DNA of 64,000 nt from the IMG/VR virus record IMGVR_UViG_3300030061_002970, one strand, 5' to 3'. The stretch comes from a virus. The translations under genes were made by a program, and so were the position numbers. The notes below the pieces were generated by a model. The model was not told the origin of the DNA and searched no databases. It worked only from the letters and a program-made list of their open reading frames with translations. Below are positions 10,111 to 22,100 of this stretch, one piece after another; within the stretch, counting starts at the first letter, position 1, and every line of letters begins with the position of its first letter.

Positions 10111-13100
10111 ATGTCTAAATCTATTAGAGTAAGAACACAAGTTGGAAAAGACCAAAAAGTAAGTTTTGAGTTAAAACAAGATTTTGACTTATTAGAAATT
10201 TTAAGTTTATCCCTATCACAAAATGATGTTTACACTAGAATGTGTGCTGACTTTGGTGTGGTAGTAGGTAGAGTAATATCTAATGGAGGTTACGGAATAC
10301 CTAACGCTAAAGTATCTGTATTCATTCCAATAGATAGAGAAGATGAACAAAACCCCGTAATACAACAACTATATCCCTACACCCAACCCTTTGATACAAC
10401 TACTGACGGAAAAAGATATAATCTATTATCAAAAGACCCAAATTTTGATTGTCATGTAGCGGTAGGGTCATTCCCATCAATAAACGATGTTTTAGAAAAA
10501 CAAGCAATAGAATATGTTTATGATAAATATTATAAATTTACAGCTAAAACTAATGAAGCGGGTGACTTTATGTTATATGGGGTACCAGTAGGAGACCAAA
10601 CTCTAGTTATGGACGTGGATTTAAGTGATATTGGTTGTTTTTCTATGTTACCAGAAGATTTTAAACAATTAGGATTTCCTGATTCTGATTTTGATGGGAC
10701 TAGATTTAGAACTGATGCAGCGATAGATTCACTACCACAAATTATAGGACAACAAAAATCTATAGATGTTAGACCATTTTGGGGTGATGAAGAGTTTTGT
10801 AGTGCTGCCATAACTAGAGTAGACTTCGACCTCTCAAACTCAGGAGTTAAAATACAACCAACATCAGTTTTAATGGGTAGTACAGCTACAGATACCGATA
10901 AAGAATCCGTTAACAAAAGATGTAGACCAAGAAAACATATGGGGGAACTATGTAGTCTTACAAGTCAACCAGGAATAATAGACTGTATTAGATACACACC
11001 ATTTTTTAAGGAGGATACATCAGCTTTTCCAGAATGGCCTTATGATGGCACTGGAGGTGGTGGGGGACAAGTTCCAGTAATGGAAAGATTTTATTTTGAT
11101 GATGGTGGTAGAGTAATTGACGAAACTGGTTCTTTTTTAGTACATATACCTATGAATTTAGACCATGTTATTACAGATGAATTTGGTAATTTAGTTAAGT
11201 CTAATGACCCTAGTTTAGGGGTGGCTACAAGAGCTAGATGTAGATTTAGAGTTAGGCCAGAATCATCTGCTGGTACATCTAGACAAAGAAGACGTGGTTC
11301 ACATTTAGTACCACAAATTAGAGAATTTGGACCACACACAGACACTAATGGTGATTATCCTGAAATAGGAGAAAATTTGGTTGATGGTGACGGTAATAAT
11401 AAAAGATATGACCCATATTGTTTTTCTATAGAATATAGTGATTATCATCCTTGGGCTCAGGCAAATTTAATACCAGGAGCAAAAGATTTATTTTATGATA
11501 TGTCATTCAACAGAGTATATACGTACTCTCAATTTCATGACCACGTTAAACACAACGGTAGAAGACAATTTATTGGGGTTAAAGAAATATTACCAGAACA
11601 AGACCAACAATGTTCTACAAGTGCAATGTTTTTCCCAATCAATAGTGCGGTTAGAAGAGCAAAAACTATAATATTTTTAAATCAATTTATTCTATTTTTT
11701 GTATATGGGATATATTTGATGATGAGTTCATTAATTGGTATTATCGCTACAGTTTTTGGTATTATAATGGTGGTAGTCGCCATAGTAATGGTAGTTATAT
11801 GTATGATACACGACCTACTTAGTGCTTGGGGGTGGCTTGCAAGTATGTTAGGTATAGGACCAGCACCTACAATATGTTCCCAATTAACTTGGAGTAGTTC
11901 CTGTCAACCCACCTGTACTGTTTTCGGGATACCTTCAGGGTTTATTTTATTCACCTTAAGACAAAAAAAATATCCAGAATGTGAAGAGTGTATGTGTAGA
12001 ACTAATGTACAAGGAATAAATGGTAATGATATGGCATTGTTGGGGCCTGGGTATGGTTGGAGTAACGATGATTGTGAAGTCTCAACCAATATTTGGGGGA
12101 TTGAGAGAGATGTGGTTTGTTGCCCCGATTCATATGGTTATGACTCAACAACCTCATTTCCACCACTGAACGTTTTAGGTGACCCTACCAATGTTAATAA
12201 TGATTTAGGTGCTGGTGGGGGTTGTTATGTTAAACCAATTTGTATGAATGTAGCATGTCTCGGATTTAATACTAATACAGTATTAATAAGAGAATGGTAT
12301 AGAAGAGAAAAAATATTTTCTGCATTGTGTAATGGTATAATGAATTATTTTTGGGAAAATGCTTGGGTAAACGGGTTCCTATACCAATTCCAATTTAGAG
12401 CTAAACTATCTTATGATGCAGGTAACGATACTTACGCTACACCAGCGACTAGTTACTGTAAAAAAGTAGTATACTTACACCCTAATGACCATACTTTTTA
12501 TTATAGGTGTACACCATTTAGATGGCAATCAGCAACCACAGGTAAATTTATTGGTGACACAGATGGTGTAAAAGGTGGAAATAATAGTGATAATGAACAT
12601 TCTGCTGGTGATATGGACCGACATCTTTATTTCCCAACTACGATTGTTGACATGGGGTCAAGAAACCAATGTATACAACAAATATGTTTAGATGAAAAAT
12701 TTGCTGAAGAATGTTCAGTAACAGACCAGATAGGTAGTACCTCATTCCAAGATATAACAGACTTGGTTTCTGACGCTTATAATATGAAAGCCAGACAACA
12801 GAATTTACAGTTAGGTGATTTATTTGCTAGACCAGAATCAGAAATTGGTGGTGATATGGCACAAGCTTTAATGCAAAATTCTATGTTAGGTGTGTTTGGG
12901 TATGAAACTAATACAACTACAACATCTTGTGATTGTAGTGTAGCACCAGCCCCAAGCATACCAGCAACAGGTGATATAGAATATCCTTTACCTAATAATT
13001 GGAATGATACTGGTGTGTATGTTGACTACGCTGTTAATGTAAATGCGGGGTACGATATTCAATGGAGACCTCATTTATTTACCGCTGGTACCCCAACCAT

Positions 13101-13530
13101 CATGACAGGTATGGATTTAATAGATTGTTTAGCTTATGAATTATCTGGTAGTTCACAAATAGTACCTTATTATCTTTGGAGGGTAGATGGTTCTAGTGGA
13201 TTCGGTACAGAAAATAATGATTGGCAATACACCACAGGTTCATATCAATCACAAACTTATAATTGGACAATACCAGGTACACCATTCATCAATACCGCAC
13301 CACTACTTATACATTCGGGGGATTACCAAAATAATGTAGGTGCGTTGAATAGTTTACCACAACCTGGAACTCCAGGTGACGCATACCCACCTATGACACC
13401 AAACACAGGACCCTCTATATTGTTCTCACAACCATTATTTTATTATTTTGGGTTGAGGCCAGGAGAAACAGCTTATAATAAATTTATTAGATTATATGTG
13501 GATGAAGAATTAGCTAATAGTGTAATATAA
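10111..13530 (+). CDS. large baseplate/tail-associated protein with an N-terminal carboxypeptidase-regulatory-like beta domain, internal hydrophobic helices and a Cys-rich region
   Basis: VVGRV..NGG.GIPNAKVSVFIP…TNEAGDFMLYGVPVG; hydrophobic stretch at about aa 520-583; follows the wedge gene. Confidence 0.6.
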   Translation: MSKSIRVRTQVGKDQKVSFELKQDFDLLEILSLSLSQNDVYTRMCADFGVVVGRVISNGGYGIPNAKVSVFIPIDREDEQNPVIQQLYPYTQPFDTTTDGKRYNLLSKDPNFDCHVAVGSFPSINDVLEKQAIEYVYDKYYKFTAKTNEAGDFMLYGVPVGDQTLVMDVDLSDIGCFSMLPEDFKQLGFPDSDFDGTRFRTDAAIDSLPQIIGQQKSIDVRPFWGDEEFCSAAITRVDFDLSNSGVKIQPTSVLMGSTATDTDKESVNKRCRPRKHMGELCSLTSQPGIIDCIRYTPFFKEDTSAFPEWPYDGTGGGGGQVPVMERFYFDDGGRVIDETGSFLVHIPMNLDHVITDEFGNLVKSNDPSLGVATRARCRFRVRPESSAGTSRQRRRGSHLVPQIREFGPHTDTNGDYPEIGENLVDGDGNNKRYDPYCFSIEYSDYHPWAQANLIPGAKDLFYDMSFNRVYTYSQFHDHVKHNGRRQFIGVKEILPEQDQQCSTSAMFFPINSAVRRAKTIIFLNQFILFFVYGIYLMMSSLIGIIATVFGIIMVVVAIVMVVICMIHDLLSAWGWLASMLGIGPAPTICSQLTWSSSCQPTCTVFGIPSGFILFTLRQKKYPECEECMCRTNVQGINGNDMALLGPGYGWSNDDCEVSTNIWGIERDVVCCPDSYGYDSTTSFPPLNVLGDPTNVNNDLGAGGGCYVKPICMNVACLGFNTNTVLIREWYRREKIFSALCNGIMNYFWENAWVNGFLYQFQFRAKLSYDAGNDTYATPATSYCKKVVYLHPNDHTFYYRCTPFRWQSATTGKFIGDTDGVKGGNNSDNEHSAGDMDRHLYFPTTIVDMGSRNQCIQQICLDEKFAEECSVTDQIGSTSFQDITDLVSDAYNMKARQQNLQLGDLFARPESEIGGDMAQALMQNSMLGVFGYETNTTTTSCDCSVAPAPSIPATGDIEYPLPNNWNDTGVYVDYAVNVNAGYDIQWRPHLFTAGTPTIMTGMDLIDCLAYELSGSSQIVPYYLWRVDGSSGFGTENNDWQYTTGSYQSQTYNWTIPGTPFINTAPLLIHSGDYQNNVGALNSLPQPGTPGDAYPPMTPNTGPSILFSQPLFYYFGLRPGETAYNKFIRLYVDEELANSVI

Positions 13531-15347
13531 TGAGTAATAAAAAAAACATAAGAATTGTTAGGGGCGAATCTAGATTTGCTGGTTCACAAAATAAAGATAT
13601 TAGTTTACAACCTTTATTAACGTCAGAACAACGCCCAATGATTGAGGGGGATAGAAATCTAGTTCTTAATCTTAGAGACCAGTTTGATTTTGAAAGAGAT
13701 TATTCTACAATTTATAGACCATATGGTAAAATAGATGTTTTATATAGTAATAGGATAACAGGTGAAACTAATGACAATAGAGTTTTGGAGTATATGTATT
13801 TTACACCGGATTATATAGGTTGTCCAGATATTACGGTAGCAAGTGTAGGGCAAACTTATTGGAGTGGTCCACCATGTGTCGGATTACCACCATCTGATTT
13901 ATTTACTTTTATGCCACCATATAGATATGGTACAGTAAACGCTTCACAGTATAGTAGTTTGGATTCATACCAAGATAATTGGGTTGCTTATATATCCTAT
14001 ATTTCAGATTGTGATAGTGGTCAAACTATGAGTTTTAGTGTGGGTGATGGTACAGACGGAATAAATTTAAATAGTGGTGATGGGATTCCAGCTCGTATAC
14101 AAGTAATAACTACAAACGGTAAAGAAACAATAAGAATAACAACACCATCACCTCACGGTATATCATCCGGAGAATTTGTAGAATTACAGAGTAGTGCATC
14201 AATCAGTAACTTTGGTGGGGCCACACTAGTCCCAACAGTGCCAATTACTACAGACATAAATAATGTGTCCGTAACCACCAATAAAAACATATTTAATGTA
14301 GATTTTTTGGGTAATGAATTTGCTAATTCAGAAACTCACGTTTTAAATATATACACTAAAGGGATAGACATAACAGCCATACCAACAAATTCTTTTTGTG
14401 TCATAAAACGTATAATAAACATAGACAATATTAATGAAACACGTTCTAGATATTGTAGTCACATCCACACATTAATAACTAACTCTTCAGATTATACATT
14501 GGATAGGACAGGTTTTGAAAATGGTATTTACAATAAAAAAGGTAGGGTTTTTAAGTCTAAAAAAACACCAGATAATTATGGTGATAAAACGGTAATCCTA
14601 GAAGATTTTAAGTCTTTTTTGTGGAATACAAACATGGATGTGGATGTGGAAGAATTTTTAGACAATCTAAATAGACCATTAACTGACTTATACCTAACAA
14701 TATTCCAGACAAATAGAAATCTTATGTGGCATTATGAAGCCCCAGCCAATTCCCCAGCAGGGTACGGATGGGATTGGAATTTTAGACATAACGGATTTGT
14801 AGACCCATTTGTAAATAATGATACCAACCCAACAAACTTATTTCAAAACACAACTAATGGTTTAGACCCGTTACCTTTAAGTGGTACAACATATAGAGGT
14901 GCCTTTGTTGAGTACAACCCTTTTGAATTAAAGGAAAGGGTAGTTTCTGAAATCAAACACTCTTTAAAATTTAATACAGATGCTATGTATGAATTTGCTG
15001 GGTACCCAAATACATCTAGTTCACAAGTACATGTAAAATCTATATACAACTATCAACCACATCACAGAATACCAATACGTAAACTATCAACAACTATAAG
15101 TTATGAAGATAGTCTATTTACAACACCACCATACGCTACCTATTCTTTATCAGAGGGGACTTTTAGGTGGAGACCAATATTACCTATAGATTTTTTTGAA
15201 GATGGGGATAATGGGGTCACTTACCCATATTTAAATGATGCACATTATCCATATTTAAATATAGAATTTAAAATAGAACCTATAATGTTTGGGTATAGCT
15301 CTAGTAGCATAAATGTAGTTTCAGGATTTGTCGATGTCTGCGAATAG
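13530..15347 (+). CDS. putative virion structural protein (baseplate/tail region)
   Basis: TAATG coupling; ITTPSPHGISSGEFV (ubiquitin-activating/ASCH-like 'HG..GD.V' beta motif common in phage tail proteins). Confidence 0.55.
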   Translation: MSNKKNIRIVRGESRFAGSQNKDISLQPLLTSEQRPMIEGDRNLVLNLRDQFDFERDYSTIYRPYGKIDVLYSNRITGETNDNRVLEYMYFTPDYIGCPDITVASVGQTYWSGPPCVGLPPSDLFTFMPPYRYGTVNASQYSSLDSYQDNWVAYISYISDCDSGQTMSFSVGDGTDGINLNSGDGIPARIQVITTNGKETIRITTPSPHGISSGEFVELQSSASISNFGGATLVPTVPITTDINNVSVTTNKNIFNVDFLGNEFANSETHVLNIYTKGIDITAIPTNSFCVIKRIINIDNINETRSRYCSHIHTLITNSSDYTLDRTGFENGIYNKKGRVFKSKKTPDNYGDKTVILEDFKSFLWNTNMDVDVEEFLDNLNRPLTDLYLTIFQTNRNLMWHYEAPANSPAGYGWDWNFRHNGFVDPFVNNDTNPTNLFQNTTNGLDPLPLSGTTYRGAFVEYNPFELKERVVSEIKHSLKFNTDAMYEFAGYPNTSSSQVHVKSIYNYQPHHRIPIRKLSTTISYEDSLFTTPPYATYSLSEGTFRWRPILPIDFFEDGDNGVTYPYLNDAHYPYLNIEFKIEPIMFGYSSSSINVVSGFVDVCE

Positions 15348-16197
15348 AATACAAATAAAAGCGTCATTAAAAAATAAAAAAGTTGTTGTGCCTTTAGGTC
15401 AAATTTTTGATGAAGTAGGTAGAGAACAACTTTTAGAAATGTATGATGAGATAGAGTTACAAAATAATATAAACTATATACAAGATTATGAAACTACTAG
15501 ATACGCACCTAATTACCCACCTAAATTTGAAATATATTACGAATTTGAATTTTGGGATAGTGCAAATTCTACCTATGTCAGTGATTTTAATATATTAGAT
15601 TATAGTAATTCCGAATTAGCAAAAAACGCACAAGCCTTCACTAAAAGCTTTTTTAAATTTGATTTTTTTGATACACCAGTTAGAGAAGAACAAAAACTAC
15701 TATTTTCAACAATAATGCCCACTAATAACTGTAGAAAGAAAAGTGTAGTCATAAACCCAGCAGAAGACCCAGAAGAATATTGGAATCAAAGAAGTGAAGG
15801 TATCAACTTACCACAATATGATATATATACACCAGCGTTCTCTGCTGCATCAGCTCCTGAAGGTGCTAATGAAAATTATTATTTACAATGGTTAAAAGAT
15901 AGAGATTTATTTACTGGTAATACATTTTACATGACCTGTAAATTCTTTAATGGTAAAACTGGTACAGTTATCAGAATGTTAAATCAGTTACCATCACCGA
16001 TACAAGGACAATATAGTTTTGAAGATTTTTTCTATTACCAGATAATTTTAAATATAGAAACTGGTAATACAAACCCAAAATATAATTATACAGTACACCC
16101 GTATAATTCAGTAGCTGGAGCTACTGGAATAACATTAGCACCAGCAGGTGAAACGGTCTTAGGACCAATAAAATTTTATGAATACGTAACTACATAG
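15334..16197 (+). CDS. putative virion structural protein
   Basis: ATG at 15334 preferred over TTG 15328; located in the structural operon. Confidence 0.55.
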   Translation: MSANRIQIKASLKNKKVVVPLGQIFDEVGREQLLEMYDEIELQNNINYIQDYETTRYAPNYPPKFEIYYEFEFWDSANSTYVSDFNILDYSNSELAKNAQAFTKSFFKFDFFDTPVREEQKLLFSTIMPTNNCRKKSVVINPAEDPEEYWNQRSEGINLPQYDIYTPAFSAASAPEGANENYYLQWLKDRDLFTGNTFYMTCKFFNGKTGTVIRMLNQLPSPIQGQYSFEDFFYYQIILNIETGNTNPKYNYTVHPYNSVAGATGITLAPAGETVLGPIKFYEYVTT

Positions 16198-16198
16198 T

Positions 16199-19100
16199 AT
16201 GGATATACAAAAGTTTACAATACGAAGAAATACCCCGGACACTGGGAGTACTGGAACAATACCCTGTACTGGGGGGACAAATTTTTACCCTATAAACCTT
16301 AGTACAAATTGTTCGGGAGACACGATGTATAACTCAACAGGTTCTCAAATAATGAGTGCTTTAGACAGTGGTGTTATGTCTAGTTTTCCGGATGAACTAA
16401 AAGATTGTTCACCTACAATCCCATGTGTTATTTTATGGGACGCGGCACTAAACCCAAGCCCAAATAATTGTTACAATCCAGACGGGTATAGTTATGTTAA
16501 ATTTAAAGGTTTAGTACTTACTTCTGGAGGAACCTTCTACACTGGTAGTTATAATGATTTAATTACAATATATGATGTTACAAACACAAATATAAATCAA
16601 CCGTTAAACTCACAAGGTATTAATGCATTTTGGGGTGAAAGTGTGGAAATATGCAGTTGTTTGGACCCACTAGATGATATTTTATATAAGTTACCCCTAA
16701 CACTAACACAAGACTTCAATGATATAGGGCACTATAGTATTTGGGATGGTAGAATAGACCAACAACAAGTATTTTCTAACTTTACTTTTACAGCTAACAC
16801 TACAGGGAATGGTATGAAAATACAAGTATATAATACAACCAACTTTGGTTCGTATAAAGAATTCCAACAATCCTCATATAGAATTGATTGGGGTGAATGT
16901 GATTGTTCTATACCAGTTAATGCTAACGGTTATCCTTGTTGTGAAGATTTACAATATCCATCCTTAACAAGTGAATATGAATATGTAAATCCATCACAAT
17001 ATAGTATTAAGATAACCCATGAAGGTCCATGGGGACCAACGTCTGTCAGTCAAATAATAACAGTACCCAACCTAACCTATACTCAAATATTAGCACAACC
17101 ATTTTCATCAGCACCACCAACAGGAGCTGGAATGGGTGGAGCTGCGGTAGGAGCAGGGGTAGCACTATCACCAACAACACCAGGAGGTGACCCATATCAA
17201 GTAAATTTAAGTGGTCCTAACCCAACACCATCAGTAACACCACCACCAATGTTTACCTCAACAGCGTATCACGGTACTTACGGTACTATTGGTACACCAA
17301 ACTATTACCCTTTAGATTCTGGTACTAACATAAATCAATATAGTGGTACCTCTATAGGTTGTTTTGAACTTACGGGTATCACAGAAAGTTCAGTAGGTAT
17401 ATTTTCTACATATAGTAATACACCATCTACCACAGCTCCAGGATTTTTACCTAATGGGTTTGAAAAATTTGTCACAGTACCTGTTGGTGGTGACGTTATA
17501 GACCCATTAACTAACACTATAACAGCAGGTATGGTGGGGGAGATATTCGAAGCAAATGCAATATACACTGGATATACAATATCTTCCGCAAATGGACAAA
17601 CTCCTATAGATTTTTATGACTTTCCAAATGGAATAACAATTTTTGTGGCTACTAGTTGTGGTTTAAATTCTTTAGCGTTTGGTGGTGAAGATTGTTTTGA
17701 ATGTCCCGAAGAAACTTGTGAATTTTGTTTAACTAAAGATGAATATATTGATAGGGTTACACTCACAGTAGAAACTATAACACCTAATCCACCATCTAGT
17801 CCACCTAATTGGTCACCTTTTGTAGATTATGTTAAAGGAGATATCGTATATGATGTAACACCACAGTCTTGTTGTTGTTATATTGCTGTGACAGATATAA
17901 CACAAACAAGTAATGTTGGAGGTAACAGTCCATTCGCAGGAATACTACCACACCAACTATATCAAGGTGTCTATGTTAATCCTACTGGACCTGATGTACA
18001 TGTGTGGGAAGGTTGTACACCTGATTGTGTGAGTTGTCCTACAGGAAGTGCTTTACCTTGTGAAGACCCTTATAATATTTTTAATGCATATTCACCTATG
18101 GGTGCTATTGGAATAGCGGGACAGTGGAATAACACACAAGTTTTTAACGCTGGTGAGTTTATATATGGTCCAGACGGAAATTGTTATAGAGCAATAAATA
18201 ATGTGCCAGCTGGTATCGTACCAACAGCCACTACTAACGTGACAAGTTGGGATTACGTGGGATGTGCAAGTTGGGTGTGTCCACAAGATTTAACAAATGT
18301 TGGTCCTGACGTTTGTGAATTAATTTCAGGGAGTACTCCTAATAGTTTTACTTTCTACGCGGGACCAGGAGGCTGTCTAACCGCATATAATAATGGTAAT
18401 TGTCCTGTAGATGATAGATGGCATTGCCCAAACCAATATAATTGTGACACACCTGGATGTATACAAATAGATTACACACATCCACAATATAATAATCCTG
18501 GTTACCCACTATCAGTTACTTTTTCATCAATGACAGACTGTGAAGACTGGTGTAACCCAATAGCTTGGTCATGTACAACACCAACAAATACACCATGTTG
18601 TTCTGAAGTTTCGTGTGCTGCTTTACCAGATTCAGACTATTATGATATAATGACAAATTATATACTTGCTACACCACAAGTAACTGCCACTAATAACCAA
18701 CTATTCCTAGACCCATTTTACACTTTAAATGATTGTGAAACTGGTGTCCCAGGACAAGGAATATCCGCATGTTGTGATTTTACAGCTTGGGAATATTTTT
18801 GTGACACAGGGTGTGTACAAATAACAGGTGGTAATTATCCCACTTCTGGTGATTGTGCAAGTGACCCAAATAATCTAGGTGGTTTACCAGGTCCTTGTGG
18901 TTGGGACTGTTATGACCCCTGGTACCAACCATGTAGTGGTGGTACCGGTTTTCCTGGTAGTACTACTTGTGTACCTTGTTATACTAATGGTTGTGGGCAA
19001 TACAATACCTCAGCAGATTGTTGTACCTATTGTAACCCACCATTAACTGACTGTTGGGTTTGTTTAAGTGGTTCAGCTACACCATGTCAAAATCTAGCAC

Positions 19101-22100
19101 CTTGTCCTACACCATTACCAACTTGGGAGGCGGACTGGGCTATTGACCCAGCACTTGTACCATTAAGTGGGTTTGGAGCAAATCCAAATCCTACAGACCC
19201 AACCTTAGCTTTACTATATCCAAATGGGTCCTACGCTACTGCACAAGATTGTGATGATAATTGTCCTACAGACGGTGGTATAGATTGTTTAGTTAGTTTA
19301 ACTAATGGTAGTAGTTATGGTAATTGTGCAAATTATCCAAACCCAGTTGCATTACCTAGTGGTTGGGGTTGGTCACCTGGAGGCCCTTATGATTCTTATT
19401 CAGCTTGTTGTATAGCAACAGGTTGTTGTGATATAGAGTGTGATGAAAACTCTTCGATATTTAATCCAATGAGTGGATTATATGACCCATCATGGCCATA
19501 TTGGCCTTGTGTTTACACTCCTGTTGCAGTAGGAAGTGCTAATATACCTTGTAGTCCTTTAGGGCCAATATATTGTACATTTACAGAATGTGTGACAGCC
19601 AATCCAAATGGTTGTATTCCTGACGGAGAAACTTGTGAGTGTGCGTGTGACCCATTTACTGGTGGTGTTGGTGTAGACCAAGAAGAGTGGGATAGTACAT
19701 ATAATAACTATCAACAATATGATTATGTATCTTGGCAAGTAGGAGCACCTGATGTTTGTTGTTATTATTGTGATGTACCATCAGGTAGTAATCCTTACGT
19801 GGGTCCACCAGCAGGATTTTATGATTGTAATTATTTTATACCTGGAGGGCCAGACGCACCAAACGGAACACCAAATGCTTGGATTAGTTGTGGTAGTACC
19901 CCAAGTGGAAATACGGTTGGTGGTTGTGACCCATGTCAACAAGTTTCCGGGGATACCTATAGTTGTGACTTTATTGATGGTTGTGTTCTTAATGTTATAC
20001 CGTGTAATTTTGTTCTAGGTTCAGAAGCAGCTAACAACTGTTATACTGCTAGTACATGTATGGACCACTGTAGGGCAGGTTGTTTTTGTGATGATAATGG
20101 TACACCATCAGACCCTTCGGATGATTTTACAGATTGTGTAATGCAACAGGATGTTATAAATGGAGTAACGACCAACTCATCAAGTTGGTACGGGTTTTTA
20201 AGTGTGTGGCAGTGTCAACAAGGCATACTAGCACCACCACCAAGTAATTTAGATTGTTGTTCTGGTGCAACTAGTAAATTTCATTGTGACGATACTGAAT
20301 GGTGTAGTTCATTAAACCCTTGTGTAGCACCTGATGGTTGTGGATGTATAGAAGTTTTTCCTGGAGACCCACTGTATCCTACAGCAGCTTATACTACTTT
20401 ATCCGACTGTCAACAAAATTGTAAGTGGGCTTGTGACCCTTCGTCAACCGGAGGACAATGTCAATTTGTAGGTAATAATCCATTAAACTTATTTCCAGAA
20501 CATACTTCAGCTTTTGACTGTTGGTCCAATACAAATAACTGTAACTGTACAGCACCTTCAGTTTATTTTTGTGATACGAATGCTGGACAATCAGCAACTA
20601 CTACAAATTGTTTCCCAGAAACTACCATAGTAAGTTGGATTGCTACACCACCTTTCCCAGGATGGACCCAAAATCAAGTATTTGGGCAACAGGGTACTGG
20701 TACACCTTATCCAGCTGGTGCTACTGGATTCGCTTCCTTGGGGGACTGTCAAGCAGCTTGTAGATTTTGTTGTGACACAAATGTTAGTTGTACTTGTGAC
20801 TTAAACCCGTATAACTTTTCCTGTGCGTTATCTATAGGAGATTGTATAAGTTTACAAGCTCAATATCCTTGTTGTCCACAAACAACAGAATATTGTTGTG
20901 ATGAAACATTAGGGTGTATAAGTTTTGTTGGTACGATGCCAGCAAGTTGTGTACACGGACCATTTGCAACACCAACCCAGTGTCAAGACGAGTGTAATTT
21001 TATATGTGGAGAATGTAAACCAGATTTAGGTGCTACAGCACAACCAGACCCATGTCACTGTAGTCTTATAACTATACCATTTTATTCAGCAGTACCACCA
21101 TATGGTGCTTGTACAGCTTATAATACTTTAGCAGACTGTATAGCCAATTCTTACCCATTAGGTGGTACAGGTTCTAATAATACTACATGTTGTCCGTGTG
21201 AAGATTGTAAAACAGCAGGTAGTGTTACATTCCCAATAATTGACGCTGGTGGTACTTGGTCATTAAGTAACGTTGCAATACCAATGCCAATAGTAGGTAG
21301 TGTACTTGCAACCCCAGCATGGACTCCGGGGGTAAGTTATACTATAGGTGATGTTGTAATTGACGGTGGTGGAAGTGGAGGAACATTAACTAGTTGTTGT
21401 TTTGTTATGGTGTATGACCAATATGACCCTGCTTTACATAGTTCTATGAATCCACACGAATGGTATGATGCATACGCGAATGAATTAGCAAATAATACAC
21501 CTAGTACATTTCCTGGTGGACAACCAAATGGAGGATACCCAATGTGGGTACCGTGTGACACCAGTTGTCCTACCACAGCTGCAACTCCTACGATGTATGA
21601 ATGTCTTCCAGGGCAACCAATATACACTGGTCCTTGTATGAACGCAACTCTGCAATACCCAATAAATCCAGTAGGAAATACTGGGTACGGAGCGATGGGT
21701 ATTAATGCAGGAACCAGTTCCTGGTCGTTTCCTCAAATATTTTTTGATTGGATAGTACAAACTTTCCCACCAAATACGGCATTTGCTAGTAAAAAAGCTG
21801 TGAGTCCAAACGCTGTCAATGCTTCCTGCCCTAATCCTGACCCTAATCAGTATGGTGGTGCTGGTGGAATGTTTCTGACACGACCTAGTTGTCATTCTCA
21901 AAATGTTATATATACCACAGCAAATGGATGTCCCCAGTCTGTACCTTTCCTTGATTGGAATGAGGCTATCACTTGGTTAAATCAGGTTAATACAAATCTA
22001 GGTTTACCAACAACATTTAATACGGGTATGAATGTACAAGAAGCAAGAGATGAAATGACTAGTTATGGGGAAACAAATGTCGGGCTTTTCGCTGGTTCGT

